Source of the DNA: Parcubacteria group bacterium Gr01-1014_38
Lineage (GTDB): Bacteria > Patescibacteriota > Andersenbacteria > UBA10190 > CAIZMI01
DNA length: 64,000 nucleotides
Assembly (NCBI GenBank): GCA_007376145.1
Contig: VMFP01000004.1
Location: forward strand, 70,988 to 134,987
Reading direction: 5' to 3'
Shown piece by piece: positions 18,620-28,472 of the stretch (its first letter is position 1; each line of letters opens with the position of its first letter). The notes under the pieces are model-generated. The model searched no databases and was not told the origin of the DNA. It saw only the letters and a program-made list of their open reading frames with translations. The translations under genes were made by a program, and so were the position numbers.

Positions 18620-20517
18620 GAAATCCTCCGGTCCACGGCGTGCTGGAACCAGAGCTCGAGCATCAACAACAGCCAGAGGAACTTCCCACGGTTCACGCCG
18701 CCGGAGACATGCTGATCAACGAGCGCCTTGACTGCGGCTTGGTGGAGGAACCCGCGGCGCCGGGCGCGCTCCGAGAGAAGCGTCTCGCGAAGCAGAGGCT
18801 GCAACGCACCACGAAACCACCAATCCAGCGGAAGGGAAAACCCCTGCTTGGGCCGCGAGAGAATTTCGTCGGGAACGAGTCCGCGCGCGACGTTTTTAAG
18901 AAGAGCCTTGCGTCCGGTAATTCCGCGGATCTTCAGCGCGCTCGGCATCGTGGCGGTCAGCTCCAACAGATGATGATCGAGCAACGGGGAGCGTACTTCA
19001 AGTGAGACGGCCATGCTCGCAAGGTCCATCTTTACCAGAAGATCATCCGGCAGGTACGTGTGAAGATCCGCCTCCAGCGCTTGGTCAACGGGATCGTCGG
19101 TGCCTGATGCGCGGATGCGCTCTGCGACCGCCGCGAACGGATCGCCCGTGCCGACTGCCCGCGCCCCGTCGGGCGTGAGCAGGTGTCGCTGCTCATCGCG
19201 GAGGAAGTACCCGATATACGCGGCGTACCGTTCCGGCGACGGCGCGGAAAGACTCTGCAAGAAACGTCGGAGGCGAAATCCGGCAGTCTGTGGAACGCGG
19301 CGCGCGAGTGCGTGCACTCCTGCGGACGTGAGGAGCGTTCGGAGCAGCTGGACACGATCAATGGCGGAAGCGAGCTTCTGCACGGAATACCGTGGATACC
19401 CGCCAAAGTTCTCATCGCCTCCGTCGCCCGTGAGCGCGACGGTCACGTGCGATCGCGCGCTGCGGCAGACGAGCAGTGTCGGCAACGCGCTGCTATCGCC
19501 GAAGGGCTCCTCAAACTGGCGAACGAGCGTGGTGAGTTCCCGCACCGCCCCAGGCTCGACGACGCATTCCGTATGCACGGTTCCGTAGCGTTCTGCGACG
19601 AGGCGCGCGTACGGAAGCTCGTCGTGGGAAAACTCCGGAAAGCCGACGGAGAATGTCCGAATCGGATTCGTGCTCGCGCGTGCCATGAGTGCCGTCACCA
19701 GACTTGAATCAATGCCGCCCGAGAGCAATGTGCCGACGGGAACGTCGGCAACGAGGCGGACACCGACCGCCTCATCAAGAGCGCTGCGCACGCGATCGCG
19801 CCACTCCTGTGCCCCGAAGGACTGTTTCGGCGCAAGTCGGAGCGACCAGTATCGCCGCTTCTGTACGCGCCCGGAAGGGACATCGAGGGTGAGCAGATGC
19901 CCCGGCTCGAGCTTCTGGATGTTGCGAAACCCGGTCCGTGGGGATGGCACGTACTGGAGCGCGAGGTATTCGCCGAGAGCGGGGAAATCCGGCTCGCGCG
20001 GGCATTCGGCCTGTGTAAAGAGCGCCTTGAGCTCGGACGCGAAGAGGAACACCCGGCCATCATGATAATACTTGAACGGCTTCTTTCCTATCCGATCACG
20101 AGCGCAGAACAACACGCGCTCCTGTTCGTCGTAGAGGGCGAACGCGAACATCCCGCGCACGCGCTCCAGGCATCCGGGCCCGTCCCGGTGATAGAGCGCG
20201 AGAAGAACTTCCGTGTCGGTCTGCGACCGGAACCGTTCTCCTGTCGCTTCTAGTTCGGCGCGAAGCGCACGGAAGTTGTAGAGTTCGCCATTGAAAACGA
20301 TGCTGTATCGTTCCCGAAAACGCATGGGTTGATGGCCCGCGGGCGTGAGATCAACGATGGCAAGTCGCTGCGCACCGAGACCGACGCGGCCGTCGCGACT
20401 GACATATGTGCCGGTATCATCGGGACCGCGATGGACAATCGCCGCGTTCATCCGCGCGATGTCCGCGGCGGTCACGGGCTGCCCGTCAAACCGAATCTTC
20501 CCGGTGATCCCGCACAT
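18616..20517 (-). CDS. asnB: asparagine synthase (glutamine-hydrolysing) family amidotransferase, probably glycan-amidating (WbpS-like)
   Basis: MCGITG, HRGPD, RLAIVDL, FNGELYNF, DTEV, GMFAF, SGGIDSS, GDGGDENFGGY, RPKQGF. Confidence 0.92.
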   Translation of the reverse strand: MCGITGKIRFDGQPVTAADIARMNAAIVHRGPDDTGTYVSRDGRVGLGAQRLAIVDLTPAGHQPMRFRERYSIVFNGELYNFRALRAELEATGERFRSQTDTEVLLALYHRDGPGCLERVRGMFAFALYDEQERVLFCARDRIGKKPFKYYHDGRVFLFASELKALFTQAECPREPDFPALGEYLALQYVPSPRTGFRNIQKLEPGHLLTLDVPSGRVQKRRYWSLRLAPKQSFGAQEWRDRVRSALDEAVGVRLVADVPVGTLLSGGIDSSLVTALMARASTNPIRTFSVGFPEFSHDELPYARLVAERYGTVHTECVVEPGAVRELTTLVRQFEEPFGDSSALPTLLVCRSARSHVTVALTGDGGDENFGGYPRYSVQKLASAIDRVQLLRTLLTSAGVHALARRVPQTAGFRLRRFLQSLSAPSPERYAAYIGYFLRDEQRHLLTPDGARAVGTGDPFAAVAERIRASGTDDPVDQALEADLHTYLPDDLLVKMDLASMAVSLEVRSPLLDHHLLELTATMPSALKIRGITGRKALLKNVARGLVPDEILSRPKQGFSLPLDWWFRGALQPLLRETLLSERARRRGFLHQAAVKALVDQHVSGGVNRGKFLWLLLMLELWFQHAVDRRIS

Positions 20518-21361
20518 GGGAGCGGAAGAGATACCAATTGTTCTCGAGACCAGGCGCCTCTCGAAGCTTCACGAGAGAGAACTCGGAAAAATGGTGCTGC
20601 ACATGCGAAAGTACGTCGTTGGCCGTGGCGTACTCGTAGGGGAACCCACCGAGCCAGTCATGAACGTCCGTCTTGAGCGCCATGCCGCGCTTCTCCGCGG
20701 CGTACACGTCTCCGTGCTGCACCGACGGTTTGCCGCGGAGAACGTTGCGCACTCCGTAGAGTAGCCGAAACACTTGGCGGGCTCGCGTCTGCTGCCAGTG
20801 CGGCGCCGTGACGTACCATCGTTTGACATGCCACCAGAACTTCGAGCCGAAAGGACCTCCCACGCGATTATACAGCGCGAGGTAGAGAACGCCGCCGGGA
20901 GCGACAAGGCGCGCAGTCCGGTCGAGTGCTTCCCACATGCTGCCCGTGTGATGCAAAACGCCCCAAGCGTACACAATATCCGCCGTTCCGAGAGATGCAA
21001 CGAATGCCGGATCGAGGATCGAGCCGTGCCGGATTGTCCAGTTCCTCGGCTCCCCCGCACGGCGCCAGAGTTCGCGCGCGCACGCAACTGCCTTCGCATC
21101 CGCATCCAGACTCAATACCTCGGACGTACCCAGGACGACCGCCGCGGCGTACGAGAAGAGGCCACTCCCGCACCCCACGTCGAGGAAACGTTTCCCGCGG
21201 AGGCACTCCTCCCCGAGAAAGCTCCGCAACGAGGCCGCGGCCGCATCGATCTGCTCCGGCGTCAGTTGAGAGAGGAAACGCCGCCAGTTTTCACCAAACG
21301 GGAACACCGCATCGCTGCTGGTCGCCGGAGATCGCGCTTCCGGTAGCGGCACAGTGCTCAT
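20486..21361 (-). CDS. class I SAM-dependent methyltransferase
   Basis: FPFGENW, FLDVGCGSGL, WGVLHHTG, DWLGGFPYE; ATG 21361 overlaps the upstream stop. Confidence 0.88.
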   Translation of the reverse strand: MSTVPLPEARSPATSSDAVFPFGENWRRFLSQLTPEQIDAAAASLRSFLGEECLRGKRFLDVGCGSGLFSYAAAVVLGTSEVLSLDADAKAVACARELWRRAGEPRNWTIRHGSILDPAFVASLGTADIVYAWGVLHHTGSMWEALDRTARLVAPGGVLYLALYNRVGGPFGSKFWWHVKRWYVTAPHWQQTRARQVFRLLYGVRNVLRGKPSVQHGDVYAAEKRGMALKTDVHDWLGGFPYEYATANDVLSHVQHHFSEFSLVKLREAPGLENNWYLFRSHVRDHREDSV

Positions 21362-22512
21362 GCGGACGCGCGGTGTCGGATTTTTTCGTACAGAGTCTCC
21401 GTCCGCCGCGCAATATCTGCCCAAGAGAACTGCTGCGCACGCTCGCGGCTCTTCCGCCCGAAGGCGGCGCGCTGGGCCGGGTCTTCAAGAAGCATCTGCA
21501 AATGTTCGGCAAGGGCATCGGGGCTTTCCTTCTGAACGACAAACCCGTTTACCCCAGGAAGGATAAGTTCAGCCGAGCCACCAGTATTTGTCGCGATGAG
21601 CGGCAGGCCGCTCGCGAGGGCTTCCAAGAGCACGTTCGGCATGCCCTCCGCGAGGGACGTGAGGACGAAGATGTCCGCTTCCTGGTACACGGAAGGAAGA
21701 CGATCATGTTCAACATCCCCTTGGAAACGGACGATATCGGTTACTCCTACTGTGGCGGCAAAGGTGGCGAGGTACGGACGATCAACGCCGTCGCCGACAA
21801 TCTCCACCCGGAACGGCATGGACATTTTTTCCTTCAGACGTGCGGCAGCAACGAGAAGAACGTCAATGCGTTTCCGGCTGATGAGCCGGCTCACCGTGAG
21901 GATCGTGAGCGGGCCGCGTGCCGTCGGAGATGCTCCCGGCCGGAACTCATCGAGATCAACCCCATTCGGGATGACGGCCGCGGTGACGCTCGCATCAATG
22001 CGGCGGACACGCTCCTCAAGATCTGCGCTCACGACAATGAGACCGTCGGCATCCCGCCAGAGCCGTTTCACGAGCGGAGTGGCCCACTGATAGTGCCGCT
22101 CATATCCATAGGGCTTGAACCCCGGAATGTCTCCACCCCCCATGCGGATGAGATACGGGAGCCCGTGCGTCCGCTTGAGCAGCCACCCGATCGGTCCGCA
22201 GGGAACGCCGAAGAAGACGTGGACAAGATCGTACCGATGAAGCGACGCGAGCTGGAGCGCCTTTGGAGGAGCAGAAAGGAGGAACGTCGACATCTCGCGG
22301 ACGGAGCAAAAGTCCATGCGCCGGCGCCGCACAGGCACGCGGTAGACCGTCACGCCGTCCACGACCTCGCGCGCCGCAAGGCCGAAGCACCGCGACGTGA
22401 GCACGTCGACGACGTGGCCGCGGCGCTTAAGCTCGCGCGTGAGGTACCGGGTCGCCGTTGACCCCCCGCCGCCGATCGGGGGAAACTCGTAGTTAACCAC
22501 GAGGATACGCAT
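21358..22512 (-). CDS. GT4 glycosyltransferase
   Basis: MRILVVNYEFPPIGGG, IPNGVD, SRLISRK, EGMPNVLLEALASGLP (EX7E). Confidence 0.92.
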   Translation of the reverse strand: MRILVVNYEFPPIGGGGSTATRYLTRELKRRGHVVDVLTSRCFGLAAREVVDGVTVYRVPVRRRRMDFCSVREMSTFLLSAPPKALQLASLHRYDLVHVFFGVPCGPIGWLLKRTHGLPYLIRMGGGDIPGFKPYGYERHYQWATPLVKRLWRDADGLIVVSADLEERVRRIDASVTAAVIPNGVDLDEFRPGASPTARGPLTILTVSRLISRKRIDVLLVAAARLKEKMSMPFRVEIVGDGVDRPYLATFAATVGVTDIVRFQGDVEHDRLPSVYQEADIFVLTSLAEGMPNVLLEALASGLPLIATNTGGSAELILPGVNGFVVQKESPDALAEHLQMLLEDPAQRAAFGRKSRERAQQFSWADIARRTETLYEKIRHRASA

Positions 22513-22551
22513 GCTGCCCACACACTACGGGAATCCCTCCCCAATGCACAA

Positions 22552-24102
22552 ATGAACCGTGGGTACGACTCTCCAGTGAACGGCGCACACGCATCGCCGC
22601 CGACGGCGCTTCCCCGCTTGCTCCGTTTCGACGTGTCGGAACGGTCACTCACCACGCGGACGGTCCACGCCCTCACGCAGTACGGGGCGCTCGGCACCCT
22701 CGGCCTGCTGACCCTTCCGCTGTTTTCTCGACTTCTCGGGTCGGCCGGCGTCGGGCGGATGTTCCTCTACCTGACCATGCGGAGTTTCGTGCGTCACCTC
22801 TGCCTCGTAAACGTCCGGGAAGGAACACTCCCTCTCCTTCCGCACCTCACGGACCGAGCGGCGATTCGCGCACAGTACCTCGCCAGTCTCACGACGGGTC
22901 TCCTGTCCGCGGCGGTCTGGAGCCTGGTCGTCGCGACCCTCGGACCGTGGATCCTCCCTGCCGTCCTCCGGGATGCGAGCCCGGCGCTTAGCCTGCTGCT
23001 CTTCTCGACGGCGGTCGCCGACCTCGGGATCATGCTCCCCCAAGCCTTCCAGCGCACCCGTATCCTCGCCCTGGCGAATACCGCCGTGGAAGTTGGCGGA
23101 GTGACACTGGCTCTGGCGCTCGTTTTCGCAGGCCGGGGCCCCGAGGCGATCATCTGGGGATTGAGCGCCTCTGCTCTGCTGACGGGCATCGTCCTGCACG
23201 CGCTCGCGCTCCGAGCCGTCGGCGGATTCGCGCGCCCGCAACCGGCGCTCGCCCGGCACGCAATCCATTTCGGCGTACGTCTCTTGCCGATAACCTTCCT
23301 CCCGAAATTCCTCGACGGCATCGGGAGGATCACCGCCGCGGTCCTTCTCGACGAACGCGCCGTGGGCATTCTCGCCACGGCGTACCTCGTCGCGAGCCCT
23401 CTCCTCGCCACTCTCACGGTGCTCGGGTTCGTCTGGCTTCCCACCGCGAAATACCTCCTCGTCCACGACCGCGACCGGTTTGCGCGGCTCCTCGCGACGG
23501 CGCCGCGAGTCTTGGGAAGCGTTCTTGGTATCGGGATCATTCTCATCACGGCCATCGCTCCCGCCGTGATCCCGGCTGTGTCCACGCCGGATTTCGCCGC
23601 CGCGGCGACCGCGGTGCCGCTCATTGCCGCCGGACTCGCGTCCTTCGTCTTCGCGGCACTCCTCCAAGGACTCTTCCTCGCCATGGGAACGGTCCGCCCC
23701 GTCCTCCAGTCAGCACTTCTCTCACTCCTCGCCAGCGCGACACTCGCCTTTCCGCTGACGCGGTCCGCGGGGATGCTCGGCGCGGCGGCCGCCGGCACCA
23801 TCGGCTACGCGGTTCATGTCGGTGTTCTCCTCTTCCGCTGGCAGCAACTCGGTGCCGTGCCGCTCCCGTGGGCGCAGCTGCGGCTGATTGCCGGTCTTTC
23901 GACGCTCTTCGTTCTCGTCGCCGTTGGCGCCGGGCGACATCTGAGCGCGGCCGCCAGCGCGGCAGGCGGAGTCCTCCTCGCCGGCGGGCTGGTCTTCCTC
24001 CTCGGCCTGTTCGGCGTTTTCTCCTGGAGAGAACTCCGGCGCTTTACTCTTCTGCTGATGAAAGCGGGCGCACGCGCGTGGGCCCCGCGCGATCCTCTGT
24101 AG
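22552..24102 (+). CDS. polysaccharide flippase (Wzx/MOP superfamily)
   Basis: About 13-14 hydrophobic segments; PLFSRLLG near the N-terminus and GMLGAAAA near the C-terminus. Confidence 0.7.
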   Translation: MNRGYDSPVNGAHASPPTALPRLLRFDVSERSLTTRTVHALTQYGALGTLGLLTLPLFSRLLGSAGVGRMFLYLTMRSFVRHLCLVNVREGTLPLLPHLTDRAAIRAQYLASLTTGLLSAAVWSLVVATLGPWILPAVLRDASPALSLLLFSTAVADLGIMLPQAFQRTRILALANTAVEVGGVTLALALVFAGRGPEAIIWGLSASALLTGIVLHALALRAVGGFARPQPALARHAIHFGVRLLPITFLPKFLDGIGRITAAVLLDERAVGILATAYLVASPLLATLTVLGFVWLPTAKYLLVHDRDRFARLLATAPRVLGSVLGIGIILITAIAPAVIPAVSTPDFAAAATAVPLIAAGLASFVFAALLQGLFLAMGTVRPVLQSALLSLLASATLAFPLTRSAGMLGAAAAGTIGYAVHVGVLLFRWQQLGAVPLPWAQLRLIAGLSTLFVLVAVGAGRHLSAAASAAGGVLLAGGLVFLLGLFGVFSWRELRRFTLLLMKAGARAWAPRDPL

Positions 24103-24159
24103 GCGTGTCCGCTTTTAAGAAACGGCCGCAAACGTGAGGCTTGGAGAGCATTCACCGAC

Positions 24160-25344
24160 TCAAAGAGCCGCTCGACCCGCGGCGGCAGGGAGAGCATCCA
24201 CTGGCACACCGCAGGCCGCGTACGCCGTGCGAACGACGTCGGCGACGTCTTCTTCGGTCATCCCCGCCCAGAGCGGCAAACGGACGAGCGTTTCTCCCAC
24301 CGTCGTGGTCACCGGGAGCGCCCCGTGCGACCGGCTGAACCTCTGGCCCGCCGGTGACGCGTGGAGCGGAACGTAATGGAAGACCGCGTAGATGCCACGC
24401 GCATTTAGGTGGGCGAGGAACGCATCCCGAGCCTCGTGCGTGGGGAGCAGCAGAGAGTACAGGTGAGCGTTGTGGACGCAGTGGGGCGGGACCACGGGCC
24501 GCCGGACCCTTCCCGCCGCCTCGAGGGGCGCCAGTGCAGCATGGTACCGCTCCCAGATGGCACGGCGGCGCGCGGTCACGGACTCGGCGCCTTCGAGCTG
24601 CGCGGCGAGGAACGCCGCCGTGACTTCGCTCGGCTGGAAGGAGGAACCGAGATCGACCCACGTGTACTTCTCCGTCTCCCCTCGCGCAAACGCACTCCGG
24701 TTGGTCCCCTTCTGCCAGAGGGTGTCGGCTCGCTCCCGGTAGCGGTCGTCATTGATGAGGAGCGCCCCGCCTTCACCCGAGGTGATGTTCTTCGTCTCGT
24801 GGAAGCTTAGCGCGGCGAGATGCCCGATGCTCCCGAGTTCGCGCCCCCGATACGTGGCCAACATCCCGTGCGCCGCATCCTCGATGACGACCAGTCGGTG
24901 TCGCCGTGCGATGTCTACGATCGCGTCCATCTCACATCCGATTCCCCCATAGTGGACGACGACGATCGCCCGGGTGCGCGCGCTGATCGCGGCCTCGATT
25001 CTTGTTTCGTCAAGATTGAGGGTGTCCGGACGAATATCCACGAACACCGGGGTTGCACCCCGCACGGCGAAGGCGTTCGCCGTCGAGACGAACGTGAACG
25101 AGGGCATGATGACTTCGTCGCCTGGCTGCAGATCCAGGAGGAGAGCGCAGAACTCGAGCGCCGCGGTACAGGAGTGGGTGAGCAGAACTTTCCCGCAGCC
25201 AAGATGCTCCTTAAGCCACGCGTGACACCGCTGCGTGAACATCCCGTTGCCTGACAGTTGACCGCGATCGAAGGCCTCCCTGATGTAGTCGAACTCTTTT
25301 CCGGAGAGCGACGGGCGGTTGAAGGGAATCCGGTACGGAGACAT
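24160..25344 (-). CDS. rffA: dTDP-4-amino-4,6-dideoxygalactose transaminase (WecE/RffA)
   Basis: IPFNRP, LTHSCTAALE, PSFTFVSTANAF, SFHETKN (PLP Lys), EKYTWVDLGSS, AVFHYVPLH. Confidence 0.92.
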   Translation of the reverse strand: MSPYRIPFNRPSLSGKEFDYIREAFDRGQLSGNGMFTQRCHAWLKEHLGCGKVLLTHSCTAALEFCALLLDLQPGDEVIMPSFTFVSTANAFAVRGATPVFVDIRPDTLNLDETRIEAAISARTRAIVVVHYGGIGCEMDAIVDIARRHRLVVIEDAAHGMLATYRGRELGSIGHLAALSFHETKNITSGEGGALLINDDRYRERADTLWQKGTNRSAFARGETEKYTWVDLGSSFQPSEVTAAFLAAQLEGAESVTARRRAIWERYHAALAPLEAAGRVRRPVVPPHCVHNAHLYSLLLPTHEARDAFLAHLNARGIYAVFHYVPLHASPAGQRFSRSHGALPVTTTVGETLVRLPLWAGMTEEDVADVVRTAYAACGVPVDALPAAAGRAAL

Positions 25345-25348
25345 AGAA

Positions 25349-26272
25349 TCACCCGAGCCGAACCGTGATGCTCTTGATGAGGTCGGCAGCGCAGGCGTCG
25401 GGTCCACCCTCGAGCTGAACACGCCGGAGAAGGATCACGCCGTCACCGGTCAGCACCCAGATCCCCTCGCCGGGCCGGACCTCTACCACGCGACCAGGGA
25501 TTCGGCCCGCGTACCGCCGCGGCGTAGGGAGCGGCTGCGCCGACCACACCGTGAGCCGCTTTCCCTCAAACCACGTGTATGCGCCGGTGTACGGTCTCGT
25601 GACGGCACGAATACAATTCCAGATGACGCTGGTCGGCTCGCTCCACACGATCCGGTTGTCCTCCGGTGTCCGTTTGCAGGTATACGTCGCGCGGGAGTGG
25701 TCCTGCGATCGCCGCGGCGCCCGACCCTCCCACAGAAGCGCGAGGTTTCGCTCAAGAAGCTGTACGTACCCCTCCGTAATGCGGGGCAACACATCGGCAA
25801 TCGTCTCCTCGAGCCGGAGAGGAGTTTCCCACTGGTCGATGATGTCCCCGGCGTCAACCTCCTCCGCGACATAAATCAGCGACACGCCGCCACGCGTCTC
25901 ACCGTTGACCAGAGCCCAGACCGTGGGCGAGAAGCCACGATAGGCGGGAAGAAGGGAATCATGAAAGACGACGGACGCGCGGCGGACGGCGCGGAGCAGC
26001 GGAAAAGAAACCAGATACCGCCAATGGACCATCAAAACGAGGTCAATCGGGTTCTGCCAGATTTCCGCCGCCTTGGGAGAGGAAACATTCTTGGTCTCGA
26101 AGAACCGCGCGCCGTGCGCCTCCGAGAACCGACGGATCTCCTCGAGGTAGGGCGGCTCCCACGGTTCCTCGCGGAAACTACAGACCGTGAGATCGTCGGC
26201 CGGACAGAGTTCACGCAACCGCCGGAGAACGACGAGACCGCGCGGCGTCGCGCAGAGGAGAACGATGGACAC
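25349..26272 (-). CDS. sugar N-formyltransferase (FMT/ArnA N-terminal-like)
   Basis: FHDSLLPAYRGFSP, DAGDII, IRAVTRPYTGA, FMT C-terminal domain. Confidence 0.85.
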   Translation of the reverse strand: MSIVLLCATPRGLVVLRRLRELCPADDLTVCSFREEPWEPPYLEEIRRFSEAHGARFFETKNVSSPKAAEIWQNPIDLVLMVHWRYLVSFPLLRAVRRASVVFHDSLLPAYRGFSPTVWALVNGETRGGVSLIYVAEEVDAGDIIDQWETPLRLEETIADVLPRITEGYVQLLERNLALLWEGRAPRRSQDHSRATYTCKRTPEDNRIVWSEPTSVIWNCIRAVTRPYTGAYTWFEGKRLTVWSAQPLPTPRRYAGRIPGRVVEVRPGEGIWVLTGDGVILLRRVQLEGGPDACAADLIKSITVRLG

Positions 26273-26274
26273 GG

Positions 26275-27486
26275 TTACCGTGGGGAAGTTCGTGAGGGCG
26301 CGGAGGACGCCGACCCGACAACCAGTTGGGGGAAACGCTGCATCGTCTCCGACATGTCGCGGACGCTCTCGAGGTCCAGCCGCTGCTTCGCTGCAGTATA
26401 GAGCCGTTCATGAAAAGAGACCACGGCGTCAAGATCAAAGTAGCGGCGGATACCATCTCGCCCAGCGCGGCCGATTCGCTCCATCTGGGCGCGGTCTGCG
26501 CACAGCCGCCGGATGGCAGAACCCAGTGCGCGAACGTCTCTTGGGGGGACGAGGAGACCGTTCACGCCGTCGCGAAGAACTTCCTTCCGCATGTCGACGC
26601 GGAATCCGACGAGCGGCAAGCCTGCCGCGAGCGCATGGATGACCGTCATGTTGATTCCTTCGTTGACGGACGTACGGAGCACCAGGTCGGCACGACGGAA
26701 GAGCCGGTCGAGATCCCGGCGGTAGCCGGCGAAGAGGACGGCGTGGCCCACACGGCACGCCCGGACGAGCGAGCGAAGCCGGCGTTCCTCCGGACCCTCG
26801 CCGACGAGAAGGAGACGAGCGTGCGGCCATTCCGCAAGGACATGCTGCCAGGCTTGGATGGCATACTGGTGGCCCTTGTCGACATGGAGCCGCCCGATGG
26901 AGAGCGCGACGGGGTACGCGCCCGCGAGATCAAACGGTGGAAGCGTGAACTCTGGGTCCCTCCGGAGCGCGAACATCGGCGCCAGATCCCCCACGATCTC
27001 GACCGCTTTCACTTTCCTCGACGCAATCCCCGTCCCCTCCAGCTCCCACGGAGAAAAGGTGAGATAGAGCGTGACCCAGCGTTGGAGGAGGACGAGGGCA
27101 CGGAGGTACCACGACGCCGACTGCGCTCGCGTCGCCACGATCGTGTGTACGAACGGAACGCGGGCGAGACGCGCCCCGAGCGTTCCCAGAAGGAAGGAGA
27201 CGGGGAGGAAGGCGTGAACGATATCTGGCTGCTCACGCCGAAGAAGCAGACAGAGCCGAAGGAGAACGGGAAAGACTCGGAGAAGGCTTCTCCGGGGACT
27301 CAACGTCACGACCCGCAGTCCGCACTCCGGCAACATGGTCTCATACGCCCCGCCCGCGTGAAGCGCCACCACCGCGATCCGTACACCGCGGGAAACGAGA
27401 CACCTGCCGAGCTGCGCGATGTACTCCTGGGCACCACCAGCAACGAGCGTATCAATGAGGATCACGACTCGTGGATTCTGGCGCAT
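26275..27486 (-). CDS. GT4 glycosyltransferase
   Basis: GGAQ, GRLHVDKG, VGEG, EGINMTVIHALAAGLP, GVNGLLV. Confidence 0.85.
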   Translation of the reverse strand: MRQNPRVVILIDTLVAGGAQEYIAQLGRCLVSRGVRIAVVALHAGGAYETMLPECGLRVVTLSPRRSLLRVFPVLLRLCLLLRREQPDIVHAFLPVSFLLGTLGARLARVPFVHTIVATRAQSASWYLRALVLLQRWVTLYLTFSPWELEGTGIASRKVKAVEIVGDLAPMFALRRDPEFTLPPFDLAGAYPVALSIGRLHVDKGHQYAIQAWQHVLAEWPHARLLLVGEGPEERRLRSLVRACRVGHAVLFAGYRRDLDRLFRRADLVLRTSVNEGINMTVIHALAAGLPLVGFRVDMRKEVLRDGVNGLLVPPRDVRALGSAIRRLCADRAQMERIGRAGRDGIRRYFDLDAVVSFHERLYTAAKQRLDLESVRDMSETMQRFPQLVVGSASSAPSRTSPR

Positions 27487-27510
27487 GTTGTTTAGGACCC
27501 TCACGCGAGG

Positions 27511-28470
27511 TCAGTCTCGCGGTGCACGCAGTGTGATCGGCGGTGTGTTCGTGCTCGACGTCTCGCGCACGGGACGGTTGGCCCCCGGCACGAGAGGAGA
27601 AGACGGAGCTCCTGCTTCGGCCTGTTCCGCTGCCTGCACGACGTTTTCCAGGAGCAGACAGACGGTCATGGGACCGACGCCGCCCGGGACAGGCGTCAGC
27701 GCACCGGCGATCGGCCGAACCGACACTTCGTCGACGTCACCGTGCCACCCCTCGGCGGTGTGGTGCGCTCCGGCATCAACCACGATTGCTCCCGGACGGA
27801 CATGCGCGGCCGTGATGCCGCGGGGCATTCCTGTAGCAGCGACGAGCACGTCAGCGGACCGCGTGAGCGAGGCCAAGTCGCGCGTGCCCCGGTGGCAGAC
27901 GGTCACCGTTGCGTTCGCGTCGGGACGTTTCTGCAGCAGAAGAAGCGCCAGCGGCCTGCCGACGAGCCGCCCCCGTCCCACGACGACGACGTGCCGACCG
28001 GCGATGGTGATGCCGCTCCGGAGCAGGAGCTGATGGATTCCCGCCGGCGTCGGGGGGGGGAAGCGCGGTACGCCAAGCGCGAGGAGACCGAGGTTCTCCG
28101 GATGGAGACAGTCGACGTCCTTCAACGGCGCGATGTGCGCGAGGAGATCCGCCTCCGCATGTCCAGCCGGGAGGGGAAGCTGAAGGACGATCCCGTGGAT
28201 GTCTGGTGCGGTGCTCCACGCCGTCAGGAGATCGCGGAGCTCATCGTCGGAGGTCGCGGCTCCTCGCTGCTCGACAATCGTTCGAATGGCGAGGCGGCGG
28301 GCGGCATATTCCTTGTTCTTCACAAAGACGTGGATGACGGGATCCGTTCCCACCACGAGAAGCGCCAGCGTCGGTATCACGCCGCGCCGGACGAGCCCGT
28401 CGACGCGCGGAGCCAACTCCGCGTGGAGCGCGCGCGCAACCTGCCGGCCATCGAGGAGACGGGCGGACAT
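27511..28470 (-). CDS. folD: bifunctional methylenetetrahydrofolate dehydrogenase/cyclohydrolase
   Basis: LLDGR, HGIVLQLPLP, KDVDCLHP, PTPAGI, NATVTVCH, TPVPGGVGPMT. Confidence 0.95.
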   Translation of the reverse strand: MSARLLDGRQVARALHAELAPRVDGLVRRGVIPTLALLVVGTDPVIHVFVKNKEYAARRLAIRTIVEQRGAATSDDELRDLLTAWSTAPDIHGIVLQLPLPAGHAEADLLAHIAPLKDVDCLHPENLGLLALGVPRFPPPTPAGIHQLLLRSGITIAGRHVVVVGRGRLVGRPLALLLLQKRPDANATVTVCHRGTRDLASLTRSADVLVAATGMPRGITAAHVRPGAIVVDAGAHHTAEGWHGDVDEVSVRPIAGALTPVPGGVGPMTVCLLLENVVQAAEQAEAGAPSSPLVPGANRPVRETSSTNTPPITLRAPRD

Positions 28471-28472
28471 GC

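Noticed and set aside
28052-28060. G homopolymer in folD as a phase-variation tract
   Set aside because: It encodes the in-frame Pro run of RFPPPTP in an intact gene; no frameshift seen.
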